64,000 bases of DNA from Trueperaceae bacterium (GTDB taxonomy: Bacteria > Deinococcota > Deinococci > Deinococcales > Trueperaceae). The translations under genes and the position numbers were made by a program. Below, one piece after another: positions 30,372 to 41,041 of the stretch. The notes below the pieces were generated by a model, which did not search any database, was not told where the DNA came from, and saw only the letters and a program-made list of their open reading frames with translations. How positions within the stretch are numbered: the stretch's first letter is position 1; each line of letters begins with the position of its first letter. The stretch covers positions 3,104,001 to 3,168,000 of the forward strand of contig CBDCDZ010000004.1 of NCBI GenBank assembly GCA_965215565.1, in the 5' to 3' direction.

Positions 30372-31474
30372 ACGAGCCGCCGAATTAAGGAGACGGCCTC
30401 AAAGGGCATGGTGCTATCCTCTTCTACGGGAACACCTTTTTCCTCTGCTAAAACACGCAGGTGTTCAGTATCGGGGTCGTTCGCGTCGTGCAGGATGACC
30501 AGTGCAGGCGTGCGCCGCAAAAGCACGCGGGTCGCCTCACCGATGCCAGGTTTAACAAGGTTTTCGTCCTCTACGCCGTGCTCGCTTTTGAGGTCGTCTA
30601 AATATTGACGGCGGCGTTTGAAGAGGTCGGGGGTGGGCTCGAGCTTCCTTACACTTGGTGCGAGTGTGCTCGAGACCTCTTCAATCTGCTCAATGAACCA
30701 GCGGCTCCGGTCGAAGGGCGAGAGGTCATCTAAGAGCACGCAGCCGTGAAAGTCATCCGCCCCGATCTGCTCGTTCAAAATCGAACGGCTGACGAGCCCA
30801 CTCACCACGCCGCCCAAAATTGCACTCGGGATGAGGTAGTCTTGGGGCGTCGCGCTGTGCGCCGCGCTGCCGCAGAGGTCACTCACGGCGAGGAGTTGGG
30901 TGGGCAGGTCCGCGCTATGCTCAACGTTGAAATCCGTGACGCTTTTCTGCAACTCCCTAGCGATGACGCCTTTACCCGTCCAGCCGTCCAAGAAGTGAAT
31001 GTGCGCTTCCGAATGCTGACTGAGAACATATCTGAGCGCGTTTTCATCAATTCCCCGGTCACGGATGATGCTTACCGAGTAGTGATGAACCTCTCGGTTA
31101 AAACGGCTGCGCAAGAGGCGCGTCAAGGCGACGCCGACAGGTGTGCCCGCTCTTGCTAGCGAAACCAGGACGATTTTACCGCTCGGGGTGACTTCGTTCA
31201 GATAAGCCGCTAAGTCTAAGAGGTGCTGAGCAAACCGTGTTAAGTTCCGCGCCATTGCCTCGTCAAAGACGCGCCAGTACGGCGCGCTCGGGGCGCTCTC
31301 GCGGCTGATCATCTCGCTGTAGTGCTTAGTGCCGCTCTGGATGTAGCGCTCTTTTTCGGCTACGGGCGTGGGCTCGAGCCTCAACACTTTCAGCAAAAAC
31401 GTCACGTCATTCGGCGCGTAAGACCCGCTCAGTCCCCTCTTTGTGCCACTAAAGCCATCAATCACCTGAGACAT
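30368..31474 (-). CDS. StiP-like PRTase/PELOTA-domain protein (Ter biosynthetic module)
   Basis: HYSEM, SLARAGTPVG, DGWTGKG, KPGIGEATRVLLRR. Confidence 0.9.
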   Translation of the reverse strand: MSQVIDGFSGTKRGLSGSYAPNDVTFLLKVLRLEPTPVAEKERYIQSGTKHYSEMISRESAPSAPYWRVFDEAMARNLTRFAQHLLDLAAYLNEVTPSGKIVLVSLARAGTPVGVALTRLLRSRFNREVHHYSVSIIRDRGIDENALRYVLSQHSEAHIHFLDGWTGKGVIARELQKSVTDFNVEHSADLPTQLLAVSDLCGSAAHSATPQDYLIPSAILGGVVSGLVSRSILNEQIGADDFHGCVLLDDLSPFDRSRWFIEQIEEVSSTLAPSVRKLEPTPDLFKRRRQYLDDLKSEHGVEDENLVKPGIGEATRVLLRRTPALVILHDANDPDTEHLRVLAEEKGVPVEEDSTMPFEAVSLIRRLV

Positions 31475-32222
31475 AAAGCTCTAACCCCTCCTCTCTAATT
31501 TGCGAGCGGCTGGGCAGAACCGCGTAATCGCACCCTAGCATATAGCCCAAATCGCTCAAACTGTCGCCTAAACCCAGCGTCATGACCTCTTCACGCTGCC
31601 CGAAGCGTTCCTTTACGTAGGTGACGGCGTTCGCCTTGCTTATTGCACGAGGTAGCACAGCGACGTTGTTCCCGTTCGCGATGACTCGTAACTCGGGCTC
31701 ATTCTCGAGCAACTCCTGACAGAGACGGTGCGCCTTCGCCACCGCTTCCAAATCCGCCTGAGGATGCTTAATAACCAGATAGACCTCTTGCCCGAAGTCC
31801 CCGATGAGCCGAACGCGCAAGCCCAGTGACTCAGTTTGGTTGAGGTGCTCGAGTTCTCTCACTACACCTCTCAAGACTTGCGTCTGTGCCAAAACCTCTC
31901 CGACATGTGCCAGCCAACCCTCATCAGGTGTGCCGTCAGCCTGCAAAATCGTGCCGCCGTGGTTGACGATCGCGCCGTGGGCGAAGCGGCACCCTGAAGG
32001 AAGCTGCACGCGCGAGAGCGCCGCCGCGTCTCGCCCCGTTGTCGGGATGACTGTCGTGGTGCTGAGGAGCCACTCGAGTAAGGTCCTCTGCGCAGGTGTC
32101 ATAAAGGAGAGCGGTTCGCCTGTTTTGCTGACTGCGCCCACCTCTAAAGGCATGTCCGGCGGACACTTGCGCCGGGTCTGAAAAATCGTGTCGTCCAAGT
32201 CCAAAAAGGTCAGAATGCGCAT
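31458..32222 (-). CDS. HAD-family phosphatase
   Basis: DLDDTIFQT, PTTGR, GDSLSD. Confidence 0.88.
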   Translation of the reverse strand: MRILTFLDLDDTIFQTRRKCPPDMPLEVGAVSKTGEPLSFMTPAQRTLLEWLLSTTTVIPTTGRDAAALSRVQLPSGCRFAHGAIVNHGGTILQADGTPDEGWLAHVGEVLAQTQVLRGVVRELEHLNQTESLGLRVRLIGDFGQEVYLVIKHPQADLEAVAKAHRLCQELLENEPELRVIANGNNVAVLPRAISKANAVTYVKERFGQREEVMTLGLGDSLSDLGYMLGCDYAVLPSRSQIREEGLELYVSGD

Positions 32223-33370
32223 AGGGTCTCCTGCATCTCTAAGGTGATGGGAATTCCACCCAGTTGTTCAGGTAGGTCGTGCTCCGAGTGAACATGTGGC
32301 GTGTCGTAGCAGATGAGCACCGCGCCGTATTGACCTTTTACGACGTTGTAGAGGTAATTCGGCGTTGTCCCGTCCACGGGGTCTACAAAATATAAGATGC
32401 TGCCGATACTCTCCCCTCCTAAAATAGGCGAGCGCGTCGTGCTCTGAAAGTAGACAGTATAGCCGCGCTGCTCTAAATCCAAAGCGAGGCGATAAGGCAA
32501 ATGTAAATGTTCGCCTGTGCCTAGAACGAGGATGCTTTTTCCCAAAGAGAGGTCTAAGGACCCCAGCACCTCATCCAAATCTACTTTCAAAGCCGTGCGC
32601 TTACCCAAACGCCCATACTCACGGCTCACCTCTACGGTTTGACCTCTTGATTCATAGCTCAAATCGGGTGGACGAAACGAGGGGTTCGGCTCAAAGGTGT
32701 AGCGACCTTGAGAGAGGTTGATGCGGGTCAGCGGCGCGGGCATGTTGCGCTCAATTTTATGCGGCTCGCTCAGCCAATCGGTGAGGCTAACGAGGGCGAT
32801 ATGTTCGACGTTCGGATTGAGAGTGGCGTAGCTCCGCGCGAGATTTGTCAGCGTCGTTCCGGTGCTGATTTCGTCGTCAATGAGCACGAGACTTCTCGCA
32901 TTTGCAAAGATTCGCTGGCCCTCTGTATTATCTGGCTGATAGATGAGGTGCCCCGTCGCGTGCGAGTGAGGTTCGCTAAAGCTGAGAGCGACGTTCGCGT
33001 CCTCTAGCTGCGCTCTCGTCGTGTGAATGAAAAGAGACTCACCTATACCTCGTTCTAAACTCGCTTCAAAAACCCCTTGTCCTAACCCCGTCGCCGTTTC
33101 CGCCATCGCAACGAAGAGGATAGGCTCGGGAAGCTGTAATGCCGCCACCTTTTCTGCGAGTTTCTGATGAGTCGCCTTCATGGTGCTTGGCGGTACGCTC
33201 AAGTGCTTGCCTAGCACCTTACTGACGAAGAGAAACCCGCGTTTCGGGTTCGCCCGGACTGCGAAGCCGCAGAGGTCATCCAAAACCCAATCTTGATGAG
33301 AAAGCTCGAGCCTCAAGACCCCACTCGGCAATGCAATCGTTCGCACCTCACTTAATGCAGCACTACTCAT
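32210..33370 (-). CDS. Phosphoribosyltransferase with TRSP domain
   Basis: NPKRGFLFVSKVLGKH, AETATGLG, DDEISTGTT, STTRSPI. Confidence 0.9.
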   Translation of the reverse strand: MSSAALSEVRTIALPSGVLRLELSHQDWVLDDLCGFAVRANPKRGFLFVSKVLGKHLSVPPSTMKATHQKLAEKVAALQLPEPILFVAMAETATGLGQGVFEASLERGIGESLFIHTTRAQLEDANVALSFSEPHSHATGHLIYQPDNTEGQRIFANARSLVLIDDEISTGTTLTNLARSYATLNPNVEHIALVSLTDWLSEPHKIERNMPAPLTRINLSQGRYTFEPNPSFRPPDLSYESRGQTVEVSREYGRLGKRTALKVDLDEVLGSLDLSLGKSILVLGTGEHLHLPYRLALDLEQRGYTVYFQSTTRSPILGGESIGSILYFVDPVDGTTPNYLYNVVKGQYGAVLICYDTPHVHSEHDLPEQLGGIPITLEMQETLCAF

Positions 33371-34412
33371 GTAAGACCTCTTCTCTGACTTCTCCTAAAT
33401 TAAGCGCCACGCTCCCCATCGTCACGCGCAAGCCCGTACGCGGCTGCGGCACGTCGCCCAGTTCACACCTACCCGTAAGCAGTTGCAGCGCCCAGTGATA
33501 GAAGTCGAGCCCGCTCAGCATCGCCATCGGTAAGCCGCCGGACGCCCTGGGGTTAATCTCCAAGAGGTAAGGCGTTCCCCGCTCATCATCTTTGAACTGA
33601 ACGTTGTACACCCCCGTGAGCTTCAGTGCCTTTGTCAGCGCCGCTGCCATCTCAACGATTGCAGGATTGTCCTCCAGCACCTGCGCCGAGCCTTCCCCTT
33701 TGCGCCGCACCACGCACCGGACGAGTTCGCCCTCGTGCGCTAAGCAGTCCACGCTGCGCTCGTCGCCAGCTAAATATTGCATCACTAGGAACGCGACAGG
33801 GTTGTCGGTCTCGGTTTCTGCCATGAGGGCGCGCAGGTGCGCAGGCGAAATGATGAGCGCGTTGCGCAAGAGGTGTTCTAAGCGCACCTCGCCCAACACG
33901 CGAAAGCCACTTGCGAAGATGCCTTCGGTGGGTTTAATGCAAATTCTATAGTTTAAATTATTTGGCGAATATTTGAGTTCTTCCAGCGCCTCATCAAGCT
34001 CCGTTGCCGTTCTAATGACGCGGTGAGGTGGAATGGGGACCAGATCGGCAGGTAGAGAGGCGTAGAGCGCAGCTTTATCCTCAACAAGTTCTAAAATATT
34101 TGGCTCCGCCGCGACGAGTAGGCGCGTGCCCACCTCTTCGAACCTCGCTCGGTTTCGGGCAAGTTCACCCTTGTACCGCTCGGGAATCAGCACATCTATT
34201 TGGTGACTTTGGCACAGATTCAACGCCCATTCGAGGTAATACTCAACCTCTTGCTCGCTTATATCGGGCTCGAGCACCCTCTTGTCCGCCGCCGTAAGCA
34301 TCACTGCGTCGGCGCGTTTATGGCTTGCCGTGATGGTGTAGCCGCCTATAGCTTTCAGGCTCTGGATAAGCTGCGCGGTGCTCGAGAAGTTGTGGTTAAA
34401 CCAAATATTCAC
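33363..34412 (-). CDS. ATP-grasp domain protein (Ter biosynthetic module)
   Basis: IWFN, CIKP, SVDCL, NVQFK, LEINPRASGG. Confidence 0.9.
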   Translation of the reverse strand: MNIWFNHNFSSTAQLIQSLKAIGGYTITASHKRADAVMLTAADKRVLEPDISEQEVEYYLEWALNLCQSHQIDVLIPERYKGELARNRARFEEVGTRLLVAAEPNILELVEDKAALYASLPADLVPIPPHRVIRTATELDEALEELKYSPNNLNYRICIKPTEGIFASGFRVLGEVRLEHLLRNALIISPAHLRALMAETETDNPVAFLVMQYLAGDERSVDCLAHEGELVRCVVRRKGEGSAQVLEDNPAIVEMAAALTKALKLTGVYNVQFKDDERGTPYLLEINPRASGGLPMAMLSGLDFYHWALQLLTGRCELGDVPQPRTGLRVTMGSVALNLGEVREEVLHE

Positions 34413-34480
34413 GTTGTCAGCCTCTAAACGAATGACGAGAATAGGACGCTCTATTGTGAGCCCTTTAACATTCCCACCAC

Positions 34481-34644
34481 TATAGCAAGTATCATTTGGT
34501 TTGAGCCAGTCTCACGCTGGAGAACATCGACGAGCACGCGCATTCTTAAATGAGATCCCGCTAGTTCTTCGAACTGAGACTTTTGCCGGGGGCAAAACTT
34601 CGTAAGCGCTCTTCCAATTCAGTACTTCTGTGAACTGCTTTATA
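34481..34644. repeat. Family A MITE-like repeat, intact copy
   Basis: Ends TATAGCAAGT...ACTGCTTTATA; reverse copy of 22588-22783 without the internal hairpin insert. Confidence 0.88.
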
Positions 34645-34823
34645 ACGCTTTTATTCCTGTGAGGTTTTCGGCTTTGAGCGAGTCCCTAAATTGGACGCTG
34701 CGATGGGGCTCACGCCCGCCTTGGCTCACGCCGCGCTGTTTGAGGAGCGCTACCAGACGCAAGGTGTCCGCGACGAAGTCCCGGTAAGACCGCCCACTCC
34801 TCTCATCTTTTGGAAGGTGAGAG

Positions 34824-34956
34824 GAGTGGCTCTAAGTCGAATGCCGCCTTGTGCTTCCGTGTGCTCCTTACTACCCATGTGATAAGCAAGGGGTTTCAAC
34901 CCCTTGCTTTGACACCCCTTGCTTTAATCTCACTGTCATTCCAGATAGAGCCACTA
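34824..34956. repeat. Family C MITE-like repeat
   Basis: AGTGGCTCTA...TAGAGCCACTA; similar to 5606-5717. Confidence 0.85.
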
Positions 34957-35021
34957 CCAAGATGAGGTAAGGTGCGTCGCTGCGACGCGCCACAGTGCCC
35001 CCGAAAAGAAGCCCACCTGCT

Positions 35022-35534
35022 TCACGAAACCAGCCGGATCGTCAGCGGATACTCGTACGGCTCGCCCTCGCTCGCCTTGACCGTCGCGACGATTGTCAAA
35101 ACGATGTGTAGCACGAAGAGGACGGGGATGAGCAAAAAGCCGATGAAAACGAAGGCTAAAAGCCCGGCAGCGACACCGTAAAGCGTCAGCGAAATCTGGA
35201 AGTTGAGCGCCTCTTTCGCTTGCTGCTCGGCGTAGGGCGACTCACCCTGTTTGATGAGCCAGATAACGAGCGGTCCCAAGATGTTGCCGAAAGGAACGCC
35301 TAGATAGAGCGATAAGCCCGAGAGGTGCGCCGCCACCGCCCAGTTGCGAGCAGCCTTGTCCGCATCTGCTGCTGACGCGGTGGTTGCACCGAGAGCGCGC
35401 CCACTCTCCGAAGCTTGCGCCGCGCCTTGAGCACCCTGCGCGTTGACCTCTTTCGAAAGCGTTACACCGTTACTCGCCAAGCCGTCACTCGTCACGCTTT
35501 CATTCGCCGTACTTTGCGTATTAGACTCGTTCAT
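35022..35534 (-). CDS. DUF4870 membrane protein
   Basis: AHLS, GPLVIWL, KEALNFQIS, YEYPLTIR. Confidence 0.88.
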   Translation of the reverse strand: MNESNTQSTANESVTSDGLASNGVTLSKEVNAQGAQGAAQASESGRALGATTASAADADKAARNWAVAAHLSGLSLYLGVPFGNILGPLVIWLIKQGESPYAEQQAKEALNFQISLTLYGVAAGLLAFVFIGFLLIPVLFVLHIVLTIVATVKASEGEPYEYPLTIRLVS

Positions 35535-35641
35535 GGCTTTAAGGTAGCAGGTTTGCTAAAGCGCGACATCAGACAAAAGTATGAAGGCGACGTGATACAA
35601 ATGACCCTTTATGGGGGAAGTCAAGGCGTTATGATACGTCT

Positions 35642-36718
35642 ATGGGGCAGTGGGTTGAAATGTGGAAAAATTCATACGTTCGTGTGCTCCTTGTCGTCGC
35701 CGTGGCGGTGCTTCTGTACTTCTTCCTCGCCGCTACAGGCGTCGTCTGGGTAAGCTTTCTCATCGCGTACACGCTCGCTTATATCGCTAATCCGATCGTG
35801 AGCAAACTGGAGCGTCTACGTGTGCCGCGTTGGGTAGGTGTGGCGCTCGGGATGCTCTTGCTCACCGCCTTGCTGAGCATGGCGTCGTTCGTTTTAGGGC
35901 GTATCGGCTTGGAGTTGTCGGGCTTTGTCGAAACGCTGCCAGCGACCGCCGCGACCGTCGAGGAGCTACCCGAGCGTATCGAGCGCAATTTATCGAGCGA
36001 GTGGCAGCCTTTCTTCCGGCAGAGCTTTAACACGCTGGAGACCTGGCTGGGTGGGCAAGCGGACCGGGCGGCGGGATGGCTTCAGACCCACAGCCGCGAT
36101 CTCATCGCAGGTTTCGCCAGCTTAGTCGGCGGCATTTTTCAGTTCTTTATCACGTTAGTGCTCACGACCTACTTACTCTACAGCTTCCCCGACTTTAGTC
36201 ACAGTTTCTTCAGGCTTTTTCCCCCGAGGCACCGAGGGGGTATCAGAGAGGTTGCCACCAAACTTGACAACGTTGTCGGAAGCTATGTGAGAGCGCAGCT
36301 TCTCGTCGCCACGCTCGTCGGGCTCTGCGTCTGGCTCGGTTTGCTGATACTAGGAATTCCGCTTCCGCTCGCTATCGGTTTTTTAGCGGGCGTCGGCAAC
36401 CTCGTACCCTTTTTAGGACCGGTCTTAGCCAGTATCCCCGCGCTGCTCCTCGCCGTAGGTGAGGGCTGGGGGCAAGCTCTCGGCACGCTCGCGCTCTTCC
36501 TCGTCGTCAACCAGGTGGACACCCACGTTTTTAGCCCGCTCATCTTATCGAAGAGCAACCATATTCACCCCGTCACGGTGATTTTAGCGGTGCTTTTGGG
36601 GCTCAGCGTGTGGGGCATTTTGGGCGCGCTCGTCGCGGTACCCGTCGCCGCTGTGATCAAACTCTTATACGAAGATTATTATTTAGAGAGCCGCTGGTAC
36701 CGAAAGTCCAAAGCGTGA
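35642..36718 (+). CDS. AI-2E family transporter
   Basis: AY.ANP.V, YVRAQL, VPFLGP, IHPVTVI, LVAVPVAA. Confidence 0.9.
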   Translation: MGQWVEMWKNSYVRVLLVVAVAVLLYFFLAATGVVWVSFLIAYTLAYIANPIVSKLERLRVPRWVGVALGMLLLTALLSMASFVLGRIGLELSGFVETLPATAATVEELPERIERNLSSEWQPFFRQSFNTLETWLGGQADRAAGWLQTHSRDLIAGFASLVGGIFQFFITLVLTTYLLYSFPDFSHSFFRLFPPRHRGGIREVATKLDNVVGSYVRAQLLVATLVGLCVWLGLLILGIPLPLAIGFLAGVGNLVPFLGPVLASIPALLLAVGEGWGQALGTLALFLVVNQVDTHVFSPLILSKSNHIHPVTVILAVLLGLSVWGILGALVAVPVAAVIKLLYEDYYLESRWYRKSKA

Positions 36719-36749
36719 TACGGTTTCCGGTTGAATACGAAACGTTCTG

Positions 36750-36943
36750 TATAGCAGTTCACAGAAGTACTGAATTGGAAGAGCGCTTACGAAGTTTTGC
36801 CCCCGGCAAAAGCCTCAGTTCGAAGAACCATCCCGCTCTCAGGCAAAGCCTAGCGGGACGGCTCCGCCTGAGACTTGCTATGGAAGAACCATCCCGCTCT
36901 CAGGCAAAGCCTAGCGGGACGGCTCCGCCTGAGACTTGCTATA
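36750..36943. repeat. Family A repeat with a 61-bp tandem duplication
   Basis: TATAGCAGTT...ACTTGCTATA; unit repeated at 36822 and 36883. Confidence 0.88.
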
Positions 36944-36997
36944 TTTGACCCAAGTGGAAGAGCCGTCAGCAAGAGGTATCATTTGCAAATAAAAGCT

Positions 36998-37172
36998 ACG
37001 GGTGGCTGTAAGGGCACCGTACGCAGTCGCGTGGTTCAAGTCCGAAGGAGACCGCGTTTCGCAAAAGCGAAAATTTCATAACACTGCGTTCCCGCTAGCC
37101 GCTGAGGACGCTGTTGCGAGCCGAAAAGGATTCTAACGAACAAAGGGCTCTTGTGTACACAAGAGCCCTTGT
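36998..37172 (+). ncRNA. Unassigned structured RNA candidate ending at a palindromic terminator
   Basis: Multiple nested stems, no credible ORF, TATCAT upstream. Confidence 0.4.
37143..37170. terminator. Perfect 28-bp palindrome, probable bidirectional terminator
   Basis: aagggctcttgtgtacacaagagccctt. Confidence 0.75.
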
Positions 37173-37201
37173 CAAGGTTGACTAGATAAGTTAAATTAAG
37201 C

Positions 37202-37393
37202 TCAGTAGCCGTCGTATTCGCAGACCGAGCGCTGCCAAATCTTCTTGGAAACTCTGCGTAAGAGTTGGTGCTGCTTCTGCATTCCGAGCTGCTGGTTGCC
37301 CTGGATATCCTTAGCGAGTTCGATAAGCTGTTTGAGAGTTAGATCGCTGCCATCTAGGTTGTCTAATGTTTTTTCCGTTTGACCGATAACCAT
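37202..37393 (-). CDS. Small hypothetical protein
   Basis: GGGGAG RBS just upstream of the ATG; ends before the terminator. Confidence 0.6.
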   Translation of the reverse strand: MVIGQTEKTLDNLDGSDLTLKQLIELAKDIQGNQQLGMQKQHQLLRRVSKKIWQRSVCEYDGY

Positions 37394-37566
37394 TATTCTC
37401 CCCTATTCCCCACGAAGATACACAAACCTACACACGTCAAAGACAAATCGTCCAACGCGCCTCCTCTCACAGCTTTTAAGGTGGTGCAAAGCGTTGTGCT
37501 GTAAGAGACAGTTTACATCACCATCTGTGAGTTTTACCAGTGTACTTTCTCACATTGTGCAAGGAT

Positions 37567-37669
37567 TCATACCGTTTTCGGTTAAATACGCTACAAAGTA
37601 GCGTATTTAACCCCGAGCGGATGCGAGAATAAAGAACTACGGATTCCGCAATTATCGGAATCCGTATCA
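37567..37669. repeat. Family B element with TCA duplication
   Basis: TCA-taccgttttcg...cggaatccgta-TCA; same layout as the reverse of 24209-24337. Confidence 0.8.
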
Positions 37670-37818
37670 CGTCCTCTTGAAGCGGTATTCGAAGCTCTCG
37701 AGCCTTAGTGATAGGATATGAAGCTCGAGCGTCCTCAATAGCTAGTCCTTGAATGCCAAAAAGACCCTTTTTCACTGATTCGACTCGCTGCCTACCCGCT
37801 CGGTTAGCGCCTCTGATT

Positions 37819-39354
37819 TCATCCCCTATATTCACCCCACTCTCGCCGCAACGCGCCGCAGATTTCACCTAGCGTCGCGCCGGCGCGAAAGGCGTCTAAA
37901 ACAGGGGGAAACATATTGCCCTCACCCCGCGCCGTCTCGCATACCTTAAAGAGTGCTCTATCCATTTCCTCTTGGTCGCGTTTCTCGCGGTACGCTTTCA
38001 CCTCGCGCTCGCGCTTTGTCTGCGTTTCGGCGGAGAGTTCTTGGATCGGCACGCCCTCTTCGGCGTCCAAGCGAAAGCGGTTGACGCCCACGACGACGCG
38101 CTCCTCTTTTTCTATCTCGCGTTGAAAACGGAACGCCGCCTCTTCGATCTCCTCTTGAATAAAGCCCGCTTCAATCGCTTTGACCGAGCCGCCCAGGTCT
38201 TCAATTTGCCTCATGAGGTCCTGCGCTTGCGCCTCTACCTCATCCGTAAGACGCTCGACGTAATAACTTCCCGCCAGAGGGTCCACCGCGTCCGTCACGC
38301 CCGACTCGTGCGCGAGGACTTGCTGCGTGCGCAAGGCGGTTCGTGCTGACTTGTCCGTAGGAAGTCCCAACGCCTCGTCCATCCCGTTCGTGTGTAAGGA
38401 CTGCGTCCCGCCCAAAACCGCCGCCAACGCCTGATACGCCGTTCTGACGACGTTGTTCTCCGGCTGCTGCGCCGTGAGCGTGCTACCGCCCGTCTGCGTA
38501 TGAAAGCGGAGCATCTGCGATTTGGACTCTTTCGCGCCGAACTCGTCGCGCATAATACGCGCCCACATCCGCCGCGCCGCTCGAAACTTAGCGACCTCTT
38601 CCAAAATATTATTGTGGCAGGCGAAGAAAAAGGAGAGACGCGGCGCGAACGTGTCCACCTCTAAGCCCGCACGGAGCGCCGCACGCACGTAAGCCCTCGC
38701 GTTCGACAAGGTAAAGGCTACCTCTTGCGCCGCCGTCGCGCCCGCCTCGCGGATGTGGTAGCCGGAAATAGAAATCGTATTCCAGTTGGGAACGTGCTCG
38801 GCGCAGTAGGCGAACATGTCGGTGATGAGTCGCATCGAGGGCTCTGTCGGGTAGATATAGGTGCCGCGCGCGATGTACTCCTTCAAAATATCGTTTTGCA
38901 CTGTGCCGCCGAGCTTTTCCGAGGACACGCCCTGCTCCTCCGCGACTAAGATGTAGAGCGCTAAAAGCATCATCGCAGGGGCGTTGATAGTCATCGAGGT
39001 AGTGACTTTATCTAAGGGAATGTCCTTGAAAAGCGTGCGCATGTCGTCCAGCGTGGCGATAGAGACGCCGACCTTGCCGACCTCGCCCCTAGCAAAAGGG
39101 TCGTCAGGGTCCATGCCTAACTGCGTCGGCAAATCAAAGGCGACGGAGAGCCCCGCCCCGCCCTGCGCTAAGAGGTAGCGGTAGCGCTCGTTGGACTCTT
39201 CCGCGGAGCCGAAGCCCGCGTATTGGCGCATGGTCCAGAAGCGCCCGGTCGAATACATCTGCGGATAGACGCCTCGAGTGTAAGGGTACTCGCCCGGCGT
39301 ACCGAGTCGCGCCTCGAGCCCTTCGGGTACCTTGTCGTAAAGGGGTTTCATCAT
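37819..39354 (-). CDS. Methylmalonyl-CoA mutase family, substrate-binding subunit
   Basis: [33 protein letters not shown]; no B12-binding domain. Confidence 0.94.
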   Translation of the reverse strand: MMKPLYDKVPEGLEARLGTPGEYPYTRGVYPQMYSTGRFWTMRQYAGFGSAEESNERYRYLLAQGGAGLSVAFDLPTQLGMDPDDPFARGEVGKVGVSIATLDDMRTLFKDIPLDKVTTSMTINAPAMMLLALYILVAEEQGVSSEKLGGTVQNDILKEYIARGTYIYPTEPSMRLITDMFAYCAEHVPNWNTISISGYHIREAGATAAQEVAFTLSNARAYVRAALRAGLEVDTFAPRLSFFFACHNNILEEVAKFRAARRMWARIMRDEFGAKESKSQMLRFHTQTGGSTLTAQQPENNVVRTAYQALAAVLGGTQSLHTNGMDEALGLPTDKSARTALRTQQVLAHESGVTDAVDPLAGSYYVERLTDEVEAQAQDLMRQIEDLGGSVKAIEAGFIQEEIEEAAFRFQREIEKEERVVVGVNRFRLDAEEGVPIQELSAETQTKREREVKAYREKRDQEEMDRALFKVCETARGEGNMFPPVLDAFRAGATLGEICGALRREWGEYRG

Positions 39355-39649
39355 TCAATTATATGTGGAGATGTCGGGTTTTACGCGCTGCAAAAGCATC
39401 TTTAGAACAAAATGGACAAGGAACTTCTTCAAGGACAAGCCTCTTCGCTGGAGACCCCTCGAGCTTCCTGCCCTTTCATATGCTACGCTAAACGCCATGT
39501 CAGAACAAATCGGCTACTTCATCTTGCCCCCGCCCGTTTACGCCTTCCTCTAGGGAGTGAAACGGAATTAACTGCGTCAAATCGGCGCAGCGCCTTTGCG
39601 CTTTGCCTTCCCTATCTCTACACGACACCTCTTTACGGGAAGGACACAA

Positions 39650-40532
39650 GATGGAAACACCGAATCCTGGGCTCTGGTTCATCGTGCTCACCGCATTTCT
39701 TTGGGGCACAATTGGGCTCACCGCTCAGTCGCTCTACAACGTTGCTGACCTAGGGGCGCTAGGGATTATCTTCTACCGCCTCGTCATCGCCATACCTGTT
39801 CTCGGACTCGCGCTCGTGAGCCTATTAGGACGCCGCGCCCTGACCTTTCGCAAGGCTGATCTCGGCGTAGTTTTCCTCATGGGTGTCGCGTTCGCCCTAT
39901 TCCAACTCGGCTACTTCGCCGCGGTCGCCCGCACTGGGGTCGCCGCTGCGACGCTCATCACGATTTGCACTGCGCCCGTGCTCGTGGCGCTTCTCTCCGC
40001 CGCGTTTTTACGCGAACGCCTTGGTACCCGCGTGCTCAGTTCGCTCGCGCTCGCCGTCGTCGGCACAGCACTTTTAGTCGACGTTCAGCCGCCGGCGCTC
40101 GCCGTGGAGGGGCAGTGGGCGCTCGGCTATCTCTCAGCGCTAGGCGCGGCGCTCTCGTACGCGCTGATGGTGCTCTCGAGCCGCCGCCTAGCCGCGCACT
40201 ATCACCCGCTGCAAGCCACCGCCCTCGCCTTCACAGTGGCAGTGCTGGTCCTTTTACCCTTCTCGCTTCAAGCGATCACCGTGCAGCTTTCGCCCGCGGC
40301 GTGGGGGCTGCTGCTTTACTTAGGGCTCGTTCCAACGGCGCTAGGTTACGTGCTCTTCGTCGTCGGGATGCGAACGACGGAGGCAACCGTGGCGAGCATC
40401 GTCACGCTCTTAGAACCGCTTACCGCGACGCTGCTGGCGTGGCTGCTGTTAGGCGAACAACTCGGGATTTGGGGGGCGCTAGGCGGAATACTTTTACTTA
40501 CGGCTATTGTGCGGTTATCGGTTAGAAGGTGA
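39650..40532 (+). CDS. DMT/EamA family transporter
   Basis: LWGTIG, about 10 TM helices, LLEPLTA; start placed at METPN. Confidence 0.88.
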
Positions 40533-40565
40533 AATACGGGCTTCCAATTGCGTTATTCTCTTTCT

Positions 40566-40961
40566 ATGAAACCTGATGCCGCCCTATTGAAAGAGATTTT
40601 AGACCGTGTTGCAAGCGTTGGTTACAGCCGCAGCTCAGTGGACGTAGATGCTTTGCGGATTAGCGACGTGCCTAAAGATAAGCTCCAATATCACGTTGAG
40701 CATCTGATAAAAGAGGGCTATTTAGACGGCTTGGTCGAAAGGTCTTATGGAGTCAACGAAACTGATATTCTCATTCAACGCATGACAGACAAGGGAGCCC
40801 TACTTCTCGAGACAACTGAGAACCCAGAGTTTTTGGAATGGGTCAAAAGTGAAACAGGTAAAGCTTTCGGGGATTTGATGGCAAGAGGTGTTCAGAGTAG
40901 TGCAGCTATCGGCTGGGCACTCGCAAAGCAGTGGTTGGCTGATAAGGGAATTACTCTTTAG
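40566..40961 (+). CDS. DUF2513-like winged-helix protein, lower GC
   Basis: MKPD..LLKEIL, YHVEHL...GYL, MT.KG. Confidence 0.6.
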   Translation: MKPDAALLKEILDRVASVGYSRSSVDVDALRISDVPKDKLQYHVEHLIKEGYLDGLVERSYGVNETDILIQRMTDKGALLLETTENPEFLEWVKSETGKAFGDLMARGVQSSAAIGWALAKQWLADKGITL

Positions 40962-41041
40962 CTTATAAATCTGAGCTTTGACCTCTCAGAGAAAGAGAAG
41001 GGGCTGCGTCATGTCAGCCCCCTTCTTACACCGTCCGAGTT

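Noticed and set aside
36822..36943. Possible CRISPR array
   Set aside because: Two adjacent 61-bp units with no unique spacers and no cas genes; part of repeat family A
37028..37046. tRNA suggested by GGTTCAAGTCC
   Set aside because: T stem incomplete; no cloverleaf or acceptor stem
37102..37130. Hammerhead-like core CTGAGGA...CGAAA
   Set aside because: Stem II closes on a C-C mismatch and there is no NUH site with stems I and III
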